A stretch of DNA of 64,000 bases from Rhizobiaceae bacterium (GCA_017643025.1 JAEPOG010000004.1:480141-544140), one strand, 5' to 3'; numbered from the stretch's first letter, positions 18,792 through 28,279 are shown. Numbers and translations are program-made. Notes: a model not told the origin generated them from the sequence alone.

Positions 18792-21700
18792 CTACTCCGC
18801 GGCCTCGAGTTCGGGCTTGGCTGTCGCACCGCGAAAACGGGCCAGGAGCCGCGCCCGTTCTTCAGCCGCCCGCGCGGCGCTGGCCTCCTTGATATGGCCA
18901 TAGCCACGAACCAGCTGTGGCACCGATGCCAATGCCGCGGCTGCGTCGATGCGTTCCACCGTCAGCTCACTGGCGATCATCGCAAGGTCGCTCTCATAGT
19001 CAGCCAGCAGCCGGCGCTCCATGCGCCGCTCGGCGGTACGGCCGAAAACGTCGAATACTGTCCCGCGCAGCCGTTTCATGCAGGCAAGCAGCCGGAATCC
19101 TGTCATCATCCATGGACCGAAGCTGGACTTGCGCGGCTGCCCGCTCGCGTCCTTGCGCCCAAGTATCGGCGGCGCGAGGTGAAATTCCAGTCTTTCGTAG
19201 CCAGCGAATTCCGAGGCTAGCTGCTTCTGGAACGAACCGTCTGTATAAAGCCGCGCTACTTCGTACTCGTCCTTGATCGCCATAAACTTGAAAAGGCCCC
19301 GCGCAGCGGCCTCGGCAACAGTGGTAGAGCCCGGAACTGCGTTGTCTTCGGCGGCGCGGATGGCGGCAACGCCGGCGCGATAGCGGCCGGCGTAGGCCTC
19401 GTCCTGATAGTCGGCGAGGAAGGCCGCGCGACGCTCGATGATCTCGTCGAGCGTTTGCGGTGCCTGCTTCTCCTCGGCTCCGGCTTTGTTGACCAGACCC
19501 CGCACATGCTCCGGGTCGTGCGCGGCGCGCCGACCCCAGCGGAAGGCGGCGATATTCATCGGAACGGCCTGACCGTTGAGCTCAATCGCTCGTTCCACCG
19601 CTTCCGGAGATACCGGCAGCCCGCCGCGCTGGCTGGCGATGCCGAGCATGAACATGTTGGCGCCGAGCGAGTTGCCGAACAGTGCCGAAGCGGTCGCCGT
19701 GGCGTCGAAGAATACCGCCTTGTCGTCGCCGACCGCACCGCGGATAGCCTTCTTGATGCGTTCCGAGGGCAGCGAAAAATCGGCGTTGCGGGCGAAATCG
19801 CCCGGCATCACTTCAGCGGTGTTGGCAACAAACAGCGTCTCACCCGAACGCGCAGCCGACAGCACCTTGCGCGAGCCGGAAACGACGAGATCGCACCCCA
19901 GTACCAGGTCGGCCTTGCCGGCCGAGACGCGGATGGCGCTGATGTCCGCAGGCGTGCGGGCCACACGCATATGGCTGTAGACGGCGCCACCCTTCTGGGC
20001 GAGGCCGGCCATGTCGATCAGGCCAGTGCCCCTGCCCTCGAGATGTGCGGCCATGCCGATGATGGCGCCGATGGTGACGACGCCGGTGCCGCCGATACCG
20101 TCAATGATCGCGGCCCAGCCATCATCGCCCAGCGCGAACACCTCAGGCTCCGGCACTCCCACAAGCGGGTCCGCCTCGCCGGCCGAGCCCTCGGCCTTCC
20201 TGCGCTTGGCTCCGTGCACGGTGACGAAGCTCGGGCAGAAGCCGTTGACGCACGAGAAATCCTTGTTGCAGCTCGACTGGTCAATGCGCCGCTTGCGGCC
20301 GAACTCTGTTTCGACGGGCTGCACCGACACGCAGTTGGACTTCACCCCGCAGTCGCCGCACCCTTCGCAAACAAGCTCGTTGATGATCACCCGCTTGTCG
20401 GGGTCGGGGAAGGTGCCGCGCTTGCGGCGGCGACGCTTCTCCGCGGCACAGGTCTGGTCATAGAGCAGAACGGAAACGCCCTTCTCCTCGCGCAGTTGGC
20501 GCTGCACGGCGTCCATGTCATCGCGGTGGTGGACGGTCGCGCCTTCGGGGAAGGTCAGGTGCCCTTTGTACTTCTCGGGCTCGTCGCTGACGACCGCGAT
20601 CCGCTTCACGCCCTCGGCGCGCACCTGATCGGCGATCATGTCGACCGTGAGACCGCCCTCGTGCGGTTGGCCGCCGGTCATCGCCACCGCATCGTTGTAG
20701 AGAATCTTGTAGGTCATGTTGGCGCCGGACGCGATCGCGAAGCGGATCGCCAGCGAGCCGGAGTGGTTGTAGGTGCCGTCGCCCAGGTTCTGGAAGAAGT
20801 GCTCGCGCTTCGAGAACGGCGCCTGGCCAACCCACTGCGCGCCTTCGCCGCCCATCGCCGTGAAGCCGATGGTCGAGCGGTCCATCCACATCGCCATGAA
20901 ATGGCAGCCGATGCCGGCGCCGGCGATCGAGCCCTCGGGCACCTTGGTGGACGAATTGTGCGGGCACCCCGAACAGAAATAGGGCTGCCGCGCCCCTACA
21001 TCTTTCGTGTCGGCAAGCATCGCCTGATACTGCCGCAGCCGGCTGACCCGGTCCGCCAGATCGCCGCTCGGCCCGACGATCTTCAGGATACGCTCGCCCA
21101 GCGCTATCGCGATGTCATTGGTGTCGAGCGCGCCCTTGGCCGGGAAAAGCCAGTCGTCGCGCTCGTCTTTCTTGCCGACGATGACAGGCTGGTTGGCGGT
21201 GCCGTAGAGATGCTCGCGCATCTGCACTTCGAGCAGCGACCGTTTTTCTTCCACCACCACCACGAGTTCCAGCCCTTTGGCGAACTCGCTGATATGCTGG
21301 TAGTCGAGCGGCCAAGGTGCGGCCACCTTGAACAGGCGGACCCCGAGGAGCTTGGCTCGCTCCTCGTCGATGCCGAGATCATCCAGTGCCTGGCGGGTGT
21401 CGAGATACGACTTGCCGACCGTTATGATGCCGATCCGCGCATTGCTGCCGCCCGAATAGATGATGCGGTTCAAGTCGTTGGCGCGGATGAATGCCGCAGC
21501 CGCTGCGCGCTTGTATTCGTGCAGCCGCGCTTCCTGCGCAAGCTGGTCGACCTCGTGGCGGATATTGAGCCCGCCGGGCGGCATGTCGAATTCCGGCACG
21601 ACGATCTTTACGCGATCGAGCGAGGCATCGACCGAGCCGGTCGATTCCACGTTGTCCTTGACGCATTTGATTGCCGCCCAGGTGCCGGCGAAACGCGACA

Positions 21701-22268
21701 GCGCATAACCGTAGAGGCCGTAGTCGATCAGTTCCTGTACGCCGGCCGGGTTGAGGATCGGGACCATCGTATCGACGAACAGGAACTCGGTCGCATGGGC
21801 GACCGTGGACGACTCGGCCATGTGGTCGTCGCCCATCAGCGCCAGCACGCCGCCATTCTTCGATGAACCTGCAAGATTGGCGTGGCGGAACACGTCGCCC
21901 GAACGGTCGACGCCGGGTCCCTTGCCGTACCAGACCGAGAAAACGCCGTCGTGCTTACCTTCGCCTAGCAATTCCGTCTGCTGCGAACCCCAGCATGCCG
22001 TCGCGGCAAGCTCCTCGTTGAGCCCCGGCTGAAACACGATGTCGGATTGCTGAAGCTGCTTGCGCGCCTTCCACAGCTGCAAATCGAGGCCGCCGAGCGG
22101 CGAACCGCGATAGCCGGAGACAAAACCTGCAGTCTTTAGCCCGGCAAGCCTGTCGCGTTCGCGCTGCATCAGCAGCATACGCACAATCGCCTGCGCGCCG
22201 GAGACGAAAATCCGATTCTTCGACAGATCGAATTTGTCGTCCAGTGAAACGTCGTGAAGGGTCATCAC
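18792..22268 (-). CDS. Indolepyruvate ferredoxin oxidoreductase family protein (fused alpha/beta)
   Basis: SGYRGSPLGG, TPP-binding GDGTYNHSG, ferredoxin CEGCGDC...CP cysteines and GLAQKGGAV. Confidence 0.92.
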   Translation of the reverse strand: MMTLHDVSLDDKFDLSKNRIFVSGAQAIVRMLLMQRERDRLAGLKTAGFVSGYRGSPLGGLDLQLWKARKQLQQSDIVFQPGLNEELAATACWGSQQTELLGEGKHDGVFSVWYGKGPGVDRSGDVFRHANLAGSSKNGGVLALMGDDHMAESSTVAHATEFLFVDTMVPILNPAGVQELIDYGLYGYALSRFAGTWAAIKCVKDNVESTGSVDASLDRVKIVVPEFDMPPGGLNIRHEVDQLAQEARLHEYKRAAAAAFIRANDLNRIIYSGGSNARIGIITVGKSYLDTRQALDDLGIDEERAKLLGVRLFKVAAPWPLDYQHISEFAKGLELVVVVEEKRSLLEVQMREHLYGTANQPVIVGKKDERDDWLFPAKGALDTNDIAIALGERILKIVGPSGDLADRVSRLRQYQAMLADTKDVGARQPYFCSGCPHNSSTKVPEGSIAGAGIGCHFMAMWMDRSTIGFTAMGGEGAQWVGQAPFSKREHFFQNLGDGTYNHSGSLAIRFAIASGANMTYKILYNDAVAMTGGQPHEGGLTVDMIADQVRAEGVKRIAVVSDEPEKYKGHLTFPEGATVHHRDDMDAVQRQLREEKGVSVLLYDQTCAAEKRRRRKRGTFPDPDKRVIINELVCEGCGDCGVKSNCVSVQPVETEFGRKRRIDQSSCNKDFSCVNGFCPSFVTVHGAKRRKAEGSAGEADPLVGVPEPEVFALGDDGWAAIIDGIGGTGVVTIGAIIGMAAHLEGRGTGLIDMAGLAQKGGAVYSHMRVARTPADISAIRVSAGKADLVLGCDLVVSGSRKVLSAARSGETLFVANTAEVMPGDFARNADFSLPSERIKKAIRGAVGDDKAVFFDATATASALFGNSLGANMFMLGIASQRGGLPVSPEAVERAIELNGQAVPMNIAAFRWGRRAAHDPEHVRGLVNKAGAEEKQAPQTLDEIIERRAAFLADYQDEAYAGRYRAGVAAIRAAEDNAVPGSTTVAEAAARGLFKFMAIKDEYEVARLYTDGSFQKQLASEFAGYERLEFHLAPPILGRKDASGQPRKSSFGPWMMTGFRLLACMKRLRGTVFDVFGRTAERRMERRLLADYESDLAMIASELTVERIDAAAALASVPQLVRGYGHIKEASAARAAEERARLLARFRGATAKPELEAAE

Positions 22269-22466
22269 ACGGTTCCTCGACGGCGAGACCTGACCGGAAT
22301 GCGGATTCGGCTGACCATCATAGGCATAGTGTTTCCCGCAGGGAACCTCGCGTCAAACGAAATCCGGGGCTTGGCATCAGATAGAAAGAAAGCAGGTCAG
22401 CGCAGCACGCTCGCCGGCGCGCAATTTCGCCGGCGAAGTAGCGCGCGCAAGAAAACTACGCGGGCG

Positions 22467-22820
22467 TCAGCGCGGTCGGCCCAGCAGGCTCGCCAGCTCA
22501 CGCTTGAACCGCTGCGGGTTGGTGTAACCGTTGAAACGGCCAATCTCCGCCCCGTTCTCCACAAGTATGAAAACGGGCGTATACGGGGGCCTGTCGACAT
22601 TTCTGAGGTCGGCGGGCCAGCGTTGCCTCAGATTGACGCGCCGCAACGGAACCTGCTTGCCGGTTTCGCTCGCCTGATAGGCATCCGCCATCTGCCGGTT
22701 GAAGCGAATGCAGTAGACACATCCCATGACCTCCACGAAGACGAGCTCGGCCGCGTACGCGGTGGAGGGCGTTGGAAGGGCGGCAAGCGCCAAGAACAGC
22801 GCAGCAAGAAGTCTGGTCAT
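22467..22820 (-). CDS. Periplasmic thioredoxin-fold protein, SoxS-like
   Basis: Signal peptide, CVYC motif, YTPVFILVENGAEIGRFNGY. Confidence 0.75.
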   Translation of the reverse strand: MTRLLAALFLALAALPTPSTAYAAELVFVEVMGCVYCIRFNRQMADAYQASETGKQVPLRRVNLRQRWPADLRNVDRPPYTPVFILVENGAEIGRFNGYTNPQRFKRELASLLGRPR

Positions 22821-22934
22821 TTGTCAGGCGATCCGGTTGCAGCAGGTTGCGGGCCGGCTATGCCGAATTTATGCCGCGCAAGACAGAAGCGTTGCGCGGA
22901 ATGGTTAGCCGATGATTAAGTTCGGCCGGCATGA

Positions 22935-22960
22935 AAAAGGCGGGCTGGAGCCCGCCTTTT
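22935..22960 (-). terminator. Rho-independent terminator after rpsP (possibly bidirectional)
   Basis: AAAAGGCGGGC-TGGA-GCCCGCCTTTT, with T-runs on both strands. Confidence 0.85.
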
Positions 22961-22984
22961 CGCATTTAGGAAGTCAGTGGCGCG

Positions 22985-23482
22985 TCAGGACGCGGCCTCT
23001 TCCTTCTTCTCATCCTCGGCCGGAGCCTCTTCTGCCGCGGCTTCCTCGGCGGGAGCTTCGGGCGCAGCCTCCTCCGCCGGCGCCTCGGCGGCAGCAGCCT
23101 CGGCTTCCGCGGCGGCGGCCTTCTCCTCTTCGGCCTTGGCCTTGGCGTCTTCCTCGGCCTGCTTGGCCGCGGCAATACGCTCCTGCGCCTTCTGGCCCGG
23201 CTGGGCCTTGTTCGGATTGTTGCGGGCCGGGCGCTTGGCAATGCCGGCCTCGTCGAGGAAGCGCAGCACGCGGTCGGTCGGCAGGGCGCCATTGTCGAGC
23301 CAGTGCTTGATGCGCTCCTCGTTCAGCTTCACGCGCTCGCCATCCTTGGGCAGCATCGGGTTCCAGAACCCGACCTGCTCGATAAAGCGGCCGTCGCGCG
23401 GGCTGCGCACGTCGGCAATGACGACGTGGTAGTAGGGGCGCTTCTTGGAGCCCGCACGCGCGAGCCTGATTTTCAATGCCAT
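22985..23482 (-). CDS. rpsP: 30S ribosomal protein S16 with acidic C-terminal extension
   Basis: [35 protein letters not shown]. Confidence 0.98.
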   Translation of the reverse strand: MALKIRLARAGSKKRPYYHVVIADVRSPRDGRFIEQVGFWNPMLPKDGERVKLNEERIKHWLDNGALPTDRVLRFLDEAGIAKRPARNNPNKAQPGQKAQERIAAAKQAEEDAKAKAEEEKAAAAEAEAAAAEAPAEEAAPEAPAEEAAAEEAPAEDEKKEEAAS

Positions 23483-23527
23483 TTCAAAGTCTCCTGGGTG
23501 GTTCGTTGTATTTCGGGTTGTTGTTGG

Positions 23528-23839
23528 TTACCGGCCTTCTGCTGCTGTTTCGGCAGCGATGGCGCGGTGGTGACGGGTCGCTTCATCAATGATGAAGCGG
23601 AGGAATTGCGCGGCAAAGTCGGGGTCGAGCCCGGCTTCTGCCGCAAGTTTGCGGATGCGCTCGGCCTGGGCGGCTTCGCGATCCGGATCGGTCGCCGACA
23701 GGTGGTGCTCGGCCTTGAGTTTGCCGACTGCATGGGTGCAGCGGAAGCGCTCGGCCAGTATGTGGATCAGCGCGGCGTCGATATTGTCGATCGAGGCGCG
23801 ATGCCCCGCTAGAACCGCCCTCATTTCGGCCTCGTTCAT
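23528..23839 (-). CDS. Chorismate mutase (type II)
   Basis: RASIDNIDAALIHILAERFRCTHAVGKLKA...DPDRE; typical position between ffh and rpsP. Confidence 0.9.
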   Translation of the reverse strand: MNEAEMRAVLAGHRASIDNIDAALIHILAERFRCTHAVGKLKAEHHLSATDPDREAAQAERIRKLAAEAGLDPDFAAQFLRFIIDEATRHHRAIAAETAAEGR

Positions 23840-24360
23840 GCGGCCGCCCTCCCATTGCCGACGGCGGGATGCCGCCAGACGAACAATCTTGTTTCGCGCA
23901 ATTTGACCTCGCGCTCGCGCACGGCGCCAAGTTTCTCGGCGACCCTGATGGATGGGGTATTGCCCGGGTCGATATAGCTGACCAGGCGCTCCGGTCCGCC
24001 CAGCCGGGCGATCTCCGCGCGCGCTGCGAGCGCGCCTTCGGGGGCATAGCCCCTGCCCTGAAAGGCCGGGAATATCGTCCAGCCGATCTCCGGCTCCGGC
24101 CAGTCCGGCGGATTGAGATAGCCCATGAACCCGGCCAGTGCACCGCTCGCCTTGTCTTCAACCGCCCACTGACCAAGGCCGTAGAGCTGCCAGTGGCCGA
24201 CGAACGACGAAACGATGCCGAAGGCTCTGTAATGCGGCACGGTGCCACCAATGTAGCGCGTGGCTTCATCGTCGGCCCAGAATGCCGCCAGCGGCTCGTA
24301 GTCGTCGGCGCGGAACTCGCGCAGCAGAAGCCTCTCGGTCTCGATACGTGGTGCGCTCAT
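23836..24360 (-). CDS. RimJ/RimL-family GNAT N-acetyltransferase
   Basis: IETERLLLR, PEIGWTIFPAFQGRGYA and NTPSIRVAEKLG motifs; ATGA overlaps at both ends. Confidence 0.9.
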   Translation of the reverse strand: MSAPRIETERLLLREFRADDYEPLAAFWADDEATRYIGGTVPHYRAFGIVSSFVGHWQLYGLGQWAVEDKASGALAGFMGYLNPPDWPEPEIGWTIFPAFQGRGYAPEGALAARAEIARLGGPERLVSYIDPGNTPSIRVAEKLGAVREREVKLRETRLFVWRHPAVGNGRAAA

Positions 24361-25913
24361 TTCCGCCCGCCTTTCGGCAGTCCAGGCAGCCCGCCGCCGG
24401 GAAGACCCGGCAATCCCCCGCCGCCGAGACCCGGCAGGCCCTTCGGCAGGCCGCCGCCCATGCCTGCGGCCTGAGCCTGCTTCTGCAACGCTTCGAGCTG
24501 TTTCGGGTCCATCTTCGACAGGTCGGGCATGCCGCCCATTCCACCCATGCCGCCGAGGCCCATCTTGGAAGCAAGGCCGCCCATTGCGGCACGCATCATG
24601 CCGCCGCCTTTGCCCTTGCCGCCCATGGCCTTCATCATGTCGGCCATCTGGCGGTGCATCTTGAGCAGCTTGTTGATCGCCGCAGCGTCCGTGCCGGAGC
24701 CTGCCGCGATGCGCTTCTTGCGGCTGTGCTTCAGGATGTCAGGGTTGGAGCGCTCGGCCTTGGTCATCGAGCCGATGATGGCAAGCTGCTGCTTGAACAC
24801 GCCGTCGTCCAGCCCGGCGGCGGCAATCTGGTCCTTCATCTTTCCCATGCCGGGCATCATGCCCATGATGCCGCCCATGCCGCCCATCTTCTGCATCTGG
24901 CGCAGCTGATCGGCGAGGTCGTTCAGGTCGAACTTGCCCGACTGCATCTTCTTCGCCATCGCCGCGGCCTTTTCCGCGTCGATGGTCTCGGATGCCTTCT
25001 CGACCAGGCTGACGATGTCGCCCATGCCGAGGATACGGTCGGCAACGCGCTTGGGATGGAACTCCTCCAGCGCGTCCATCTTCTCGCCGACGCCGACCAG
25101 CTTGACCGGCTTGCCGGTGACGGCGCGCATGGAAAGTGCGGCGCCGCCGCGCCCGTCACCGTCCATGCGGGTGAGCACCAGGCCGGTGATGCCGACGCGG
25201 TCGTCGAAGCTGGTGGCGAGATTGACGGCGTCCTGACCGGTCAGCGCGTCTGCGACAAGCAGGATCTCGTGCGGGTTCGAGGCCTTCTTGATGTCGGCCA
25301 TTTCGGCCATCAGCGGCTCGTCGATATGCGTGCGGCCGGCGGTGTCGAGGATGACGACGTCATGCCCGCCGAGCTTCGCCGCCTGCACGGCGCGCTTGGC
25401 GATGTCGACCGGCGTCTGGCCTTCGACGATCGGCAGCGTCGGGATCGAGCCCTGCTCGCCGAGCTGGCGCAGCTGCTCCTGAGCCGCCGGCCGGCGCGTG
25501 TCGAGCGACGCCATCAGGACCTTCTTGCCCTGACGGTCCATCATCCGCTTGCCGATCTTGGCCGACGTGGTCGTCTTGCCCGAGCCCTGCAGGCCGACCA
25601 TCATGACCACTACCGGAGCCGGCGCGTTGAGGTCGATCGTCTCGCCCTCTTCGCCGAGCATGGCGACGAGCTCGTCATGGACGATCTTGACCACCATCTG
25701 GCCGGGTTTGATCGACTTCAGAACCTCGGCGCCGACGGCCTTCTCGCGGACGCGGTCGGTGAAGGAGCGCACCACGTCGAGCGCGACGTCGGCCTCGATC
25801 AGCGCACGGCGCACCTCGCGCAGCGCTGCGGAAACATCGGTCTCCGAAAGCGCGCCGCGACCGGTCAGGCCGTTCAATATGGAGCCAAGGCGTTCCTGAA
25901 GGCTCTCGAACAT
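24357..25913 (-). CDS. ffh: Signal recognition particle protein
   Basis: GLQGSGKTTT, DTAGR and TRMDGDGRGG motifs, M domain and Gly/Met-rich tail. Confidence 0.98.
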   Translation of the reverse strand: MFESLQERLGSILNGLTGRGALSETDVSAALREVRRALIEADVALDVVRSFTDRVREKAVGAEVLKSIKPGQMVVKIVHDELVAMLGEEGETIDLNAPAPVVVMMVGLQGSGKTTTSAKIGKRMMDRQGKKVLMASLDTRRPAAQEQLRQLGEQGSIPTLPIVEGQTPVDIAKRAVQAAKLGGHDVVILDTAGRTHIDEPLMAEMADIKKASNPHEILLVADALTGQDAVNLATSFDDRVGITGLVLTRMDGDGRGGAALSMRAVTGKPVKLVGVGEKMDALEEFHPKRVADRILGMGDIVSLVEKASETIDAEKAAAMAKKMQSGKFDLNDLADQLRQMQKMGGMGGIMGMMPGMGKMKDQIAAAGLDDGVFKQQLAIIGSMTKAERSNPDILKHSRKKRIAAGSGTDAAAINKLLKMHRQMADMMKAMGGKGKGGGMMRAAMGGLASKMGLGGMGGMGGMPDLSKMDPKQLEALQKQAQAAGMGGGLPKGLPGLGGGGLPGLPGGGLPGLPKGGRK

Positions 25914-25996
25914 CCGTTATCCTCTTGTTCCCGGGGTCGATCCGAACCCGAGAGGTAATGCCTGCGACGGCGAAACCCAACAGCCAAAGCCGAAAA

Positions 25997-26078
25997 GCAC
26001 CCGGGGGCGCATCGCGCTGCCGGGTGTTGACCTCCTGGATCGTCAATTCGCTAGGATTGCGCCCAGGTCGGCGGCTCG
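25997..26078 (-). ncRNA. ffh leader RNA motif (alphaproteobacterial)
   Basis: Minus strand GGTCAACACCCGGCAGCGCGATGCGCCCCCGGGTGC with a CACCCGG/CCGGGTG stem in the ffh 5' UTR. It resembles the known ffh leader family as I recall it; 5' boundary approximate. Confidence 0.65.
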
Positions 26079-26110
26079 GAGTTTGCACTCGTCGCTGAAT
26101 TCCGGCGCGG

Positions 26111-26138
26111 ATAGACCTGAAACCGGGAGGAAAGTCAA
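26111..26138 (-). promoter_or_regulatory. Housekeeping promoter for ffh
   Basis: TTGACT-N16-GTCTAT on the minus strand just upstream of the leader. Confidence 0.5.
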
Positions 26139-26155
26139 GGCTGGGGCGGCGCGGC

Positions 26156-26169
26156 TTGACACGGATCAA
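26156..26169 (+). promoter_or_regulatory. FNR/FixK/FnrN box
   Basis: TTGAC-ACGG-ATCAA (consensus TTGAT-N4-ATCAA) upstream of the DUF2189 gene. Confidence 0.7.
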
Positions 26170-26215
26170 GGACTCCGCCACCGCCGATCCTTCCTTGTTT
26201 CCCACGATCGTCAAA

Positions 26216-27031
26216 GTGGAGGAACGCGCCGTGCCGGCAGAGAGCCCGCGACCGAAAGCGCCGCTTTCCATGCCTGAGGTCAGGGCGCTGTCGGCCGCCG
26301 ACCTCCGCGCGGCGCTTTTGGCGGGAATGTCCGACTTCGCGCATGCCCCGCGCTATGGCGTCGGCATTGGTGCAATATTCGCGGCGATCGGTGTGGTTAT
26401 CGTCCTTGCACTGACGGTGTGGGACATGCCGTGGATGATCTACCCCTTCGCCATCGGCTTCCCTCTGATAGGTCCCTTCGCCGCCGTTGGCTTGTTCGAG
26501 GTCAGCCGCAGATTGGAACGGGCCGAACCATTGAATTGGACCGTCATCCTATCCGCGATATGGATCCAGCGCGGACGCGAACTCTCCTGGATGGCGTTCG
26601 TCATGCTGTTCGTGTTCTGGATCTGGATGTACCAGGTGCGGCTGCTCATCGCGCTGTTTCTCGGGCGGCTGTCGTTTGCGACCCTCGACAAGTTCATCTC
26701 GATTGTCTTCACGACAACCGAGGGCTGGTTGTTCCTTGCCGTCGGCCATGCAGTCGGTGCGGCCCTCGCGCTGGGATTGTTTTCCATCACGGTGGTGTCG
26801 ATCCCGCTCCTGATGGAACGCGAGTGCGACTTCGTCACGGCCATGATCACCAGTGTCAAAACTGTGCTTGCCAACCCGGTCGTGATGCTCGGCTGGGGTG
26901 TCTTCGTAACCGTGGCCGTAATCGCCGCAAGTCTGCCTCTGTTCGCCGGGTTGCTGGTAGTGCTTCCGATCCTCGGCCACGCAACATGGCACATCTTCAA
27001 GGCGGCAATTGCGCCCGCCGAACCTGCCTGA
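26216..27031 (+). CDS. DUF2189 integral membrane protein
   Basis: GFPLIGPFAAVGLFEVSRR and PILGHATWH motifs. The track's TTG start lies inside the FNR box, so the real start is more likely GTG 26216 or ATG 26270. Confidence 0.85.
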   Translation: MEERAVPAESPRPKAPLSMPEVRALSAADLRAALLAGMSDFAHAPRYGVGIGAIFAAIGVVIVLALTVWDMPWMIYPFAIGFPLIGPFAAVGLFEVSRRLERAEPLNWTVILSAIWIQRGRELSWMAFVMLFVFWIWMYQVRLLIALFLGRLSFATLDKFISIVFTTTEGWLFLAVGHAVGAALALGLFSITVVSIPLLMERECDFVTAMITSVKTVLANPVVMLGWGVFVTVAVIAASLPLFAGLLVVLPILGHATWHIFKAAIAPAEPA

Positions 27032-27050
27032 GCAACACGGACAAATGGCG

Positions 27051-27096
27051 TTGACGCGCCACGCACTTCCCCCATAAGTTAACCTGATGGTTAGCT
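27051..27096 (+). promoter_or_regulatory. Promoter plus palindromic ArsR-family operator overlapping the start codon
   Basis: TTGACG-N16-CATAAG, and AGTTAACC-TGAT-GGTTAGCT spanning ATG 27087. Confidence 0.6.
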
Positions 27097-27428
27097 TTAA
27101 TACCGACGCCACCCGCGTCGACCGCACATTCTTCGCCCTGTCGAACCGCACCAGGCGCAGCATGACGGAAATGCTGCTCCGCGAGGGCGAAAAGCCCATG
27201 CGTGAGTTGGCGAAGCCCTTCGGCATCTCGCTGCCGGGCGCAATGAAGCATATCGGCGTGCTGGAGGACGCGGGCATCGTGCTGTGCCGCCGGCAGGGCC
27301 GCGAGAATTTGTGCTCGGTCAATCCGTCCGCGCTCAAGGACGCCGCTGGCTGGTTCGAATTCCATGCACGGTTCTGGAGCGAGAGCTTCGAGCGGCTTGG
27401 CCGCATGCTGGCGGAGCGCAAGTCATGA
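27087..27428 (+). CDS. ArsR/SmtB family regulator
   Basis: FFALSNRTRR...ELAKPFGISLPGAMKHIGVLEDAGIV; no obvious metal-binding Cys/His cluster. Confidence 0.9.
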   Translation: MVSFNTDATRVDRTFFALSNRTRRSMTEMLLREGEKPMRELAKPFGISLPGAMKHIGVLEDAGIVLCRRQGRENLCSVNPSALKDAAGWFEFHARFWSESFERLGRMLAERKS

Positions 27429-27871
27429 GCGGTGAGACGCTCGTCCTTACCCGCGTGTTTCCCGGCGTGGACCCGCAGGCGATGTACGATGCCTGGACCA
27501 GGCCCGACCTCGTTGCCGACTGGTACGGGCCGGAGGGTTTCACCAACGAAATCCACGAAATGGATGTGCGGCCCGGCGGCAGGTACCACCTGACGATGCA
27601 GGCGCCCGACGGCTCGCGCTACCCGCTGAGCGGCGAGTTCCGCGCGGTCGAACCGCCGCACAGGATTTCGTTCTCATGGAAGTGGGAAAACCAGCCCGCT
27701 TCGGTCGGTGACGGCACGACGCTCGTGACGGTAGACATCAGACAGGTCGGGCGCGGCACCGAGGTCACTCTGACGCACTCGGGCTTTGAAGCCGCAGAGC
27801 ATCGCGACAACCATCGCTCCGGTTGGGAACCGGCGCTGGACAAGCTTGCCCGGACGCTGTCCGGCGACTGA
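27425..27871 (+). CDS. SRPBCC/AHSA1 domain protein
   Basis: LTRVF...YDAWTRP...WYGP...DVRPGG...GW; ATGA overlap with the ArsR gene. Confidence 0.88.
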   Translation: MSGETLVLTRVFPGVDPQAMYDAWTRPDLVADWYGPEGFTNEIHEMDVRPGGRYHLTMQAPDGSRYPLSGEFRAVEPPHRISFSWKWENQPASVGDGTTLVTVDIRQVGRGTEVTLTHSGFEAAEHRDNHRSGWEPALDKLARTLSGD

Positions 27872-27898
27872 CTTCAACTCGGAAGGGGAGGCATCGAA

Positions 27899-28279
27899 AT
27901 GGAAGAACTCACCACAAATGTCAGCTGGACCGCCGTCATCGTCGGCTTCGTCGCCGCCTATGCCGTCGGTTTCCTGTGGTACGGCGTCATTTTCCAGAAG
28001 GCATGGGCGCTCGGAAACGGACTGCCCGAAAAGCCGGAGAAGTTTCCGGTCATGGCGATGGTGCTGCAGCTCGCCGGCACCTTTCTCTACTCTTGGGTGT
28101 TCGGCATCACGGCTGCCCGCGAGATGCTGGCGACGGTGATCCTGATCGTGCTCACCATCACCTGCCTGATCGCAGCCGGCGCTCTTTACCGCCTGAGGCC
28201 GCCCGGAGTCGCGATGATCGACGCCGGCTACATCCTCGCTATGGGCATCGTCCTGTTCATCTGCCAGGCGATATTCTAG
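27899..28279 (+). CDS. DUF1761-like membrane protein
   Basis: W.AV...VGFLWYG..FQKAW motif, 4 TM helices, GGGGAGG RBS. Confidence 0.75.
   Translation: MEELTTNVSWTAVIVGFVAAYAVGFLWYGVIFQKAWALGNGLPEKPEKFPVMAMVLQLAGTFLYSWVFGITAAREMLATVILIVLTITCLIAAGALYRLRPPGVAMIDAGYILAMGIVLFICQAIF

Noticed and set aside
16790-21866. Long plus-strand ORFs in the track (585 aa, 803 aa; similarly 24138-25958 and 57414-59408)
   Set aside because: They are antisense shadows of well-supported minus-strand genes, expected at high GC, with no recognisable motifs.
22985-23170. Repetitive Ala/Glu tail of S16 (and the acidic tail of L25)
   Set aside because: Common variable extensions in alphaproteobacterial ribosomal proteins.
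24360-24620. Short imperfect DNA repeats at the ffh 3' end
   Set aside because: They encode the GGM/GLPG low-complexity tail typical of rhizobial Ffh; not a CRISPR or mobile repeat.
27079-27094. TTAA-N8-TTAG as a CtrA site
   Set aside because: Wrong spacing; better explained as the ArsR operator palindrome.
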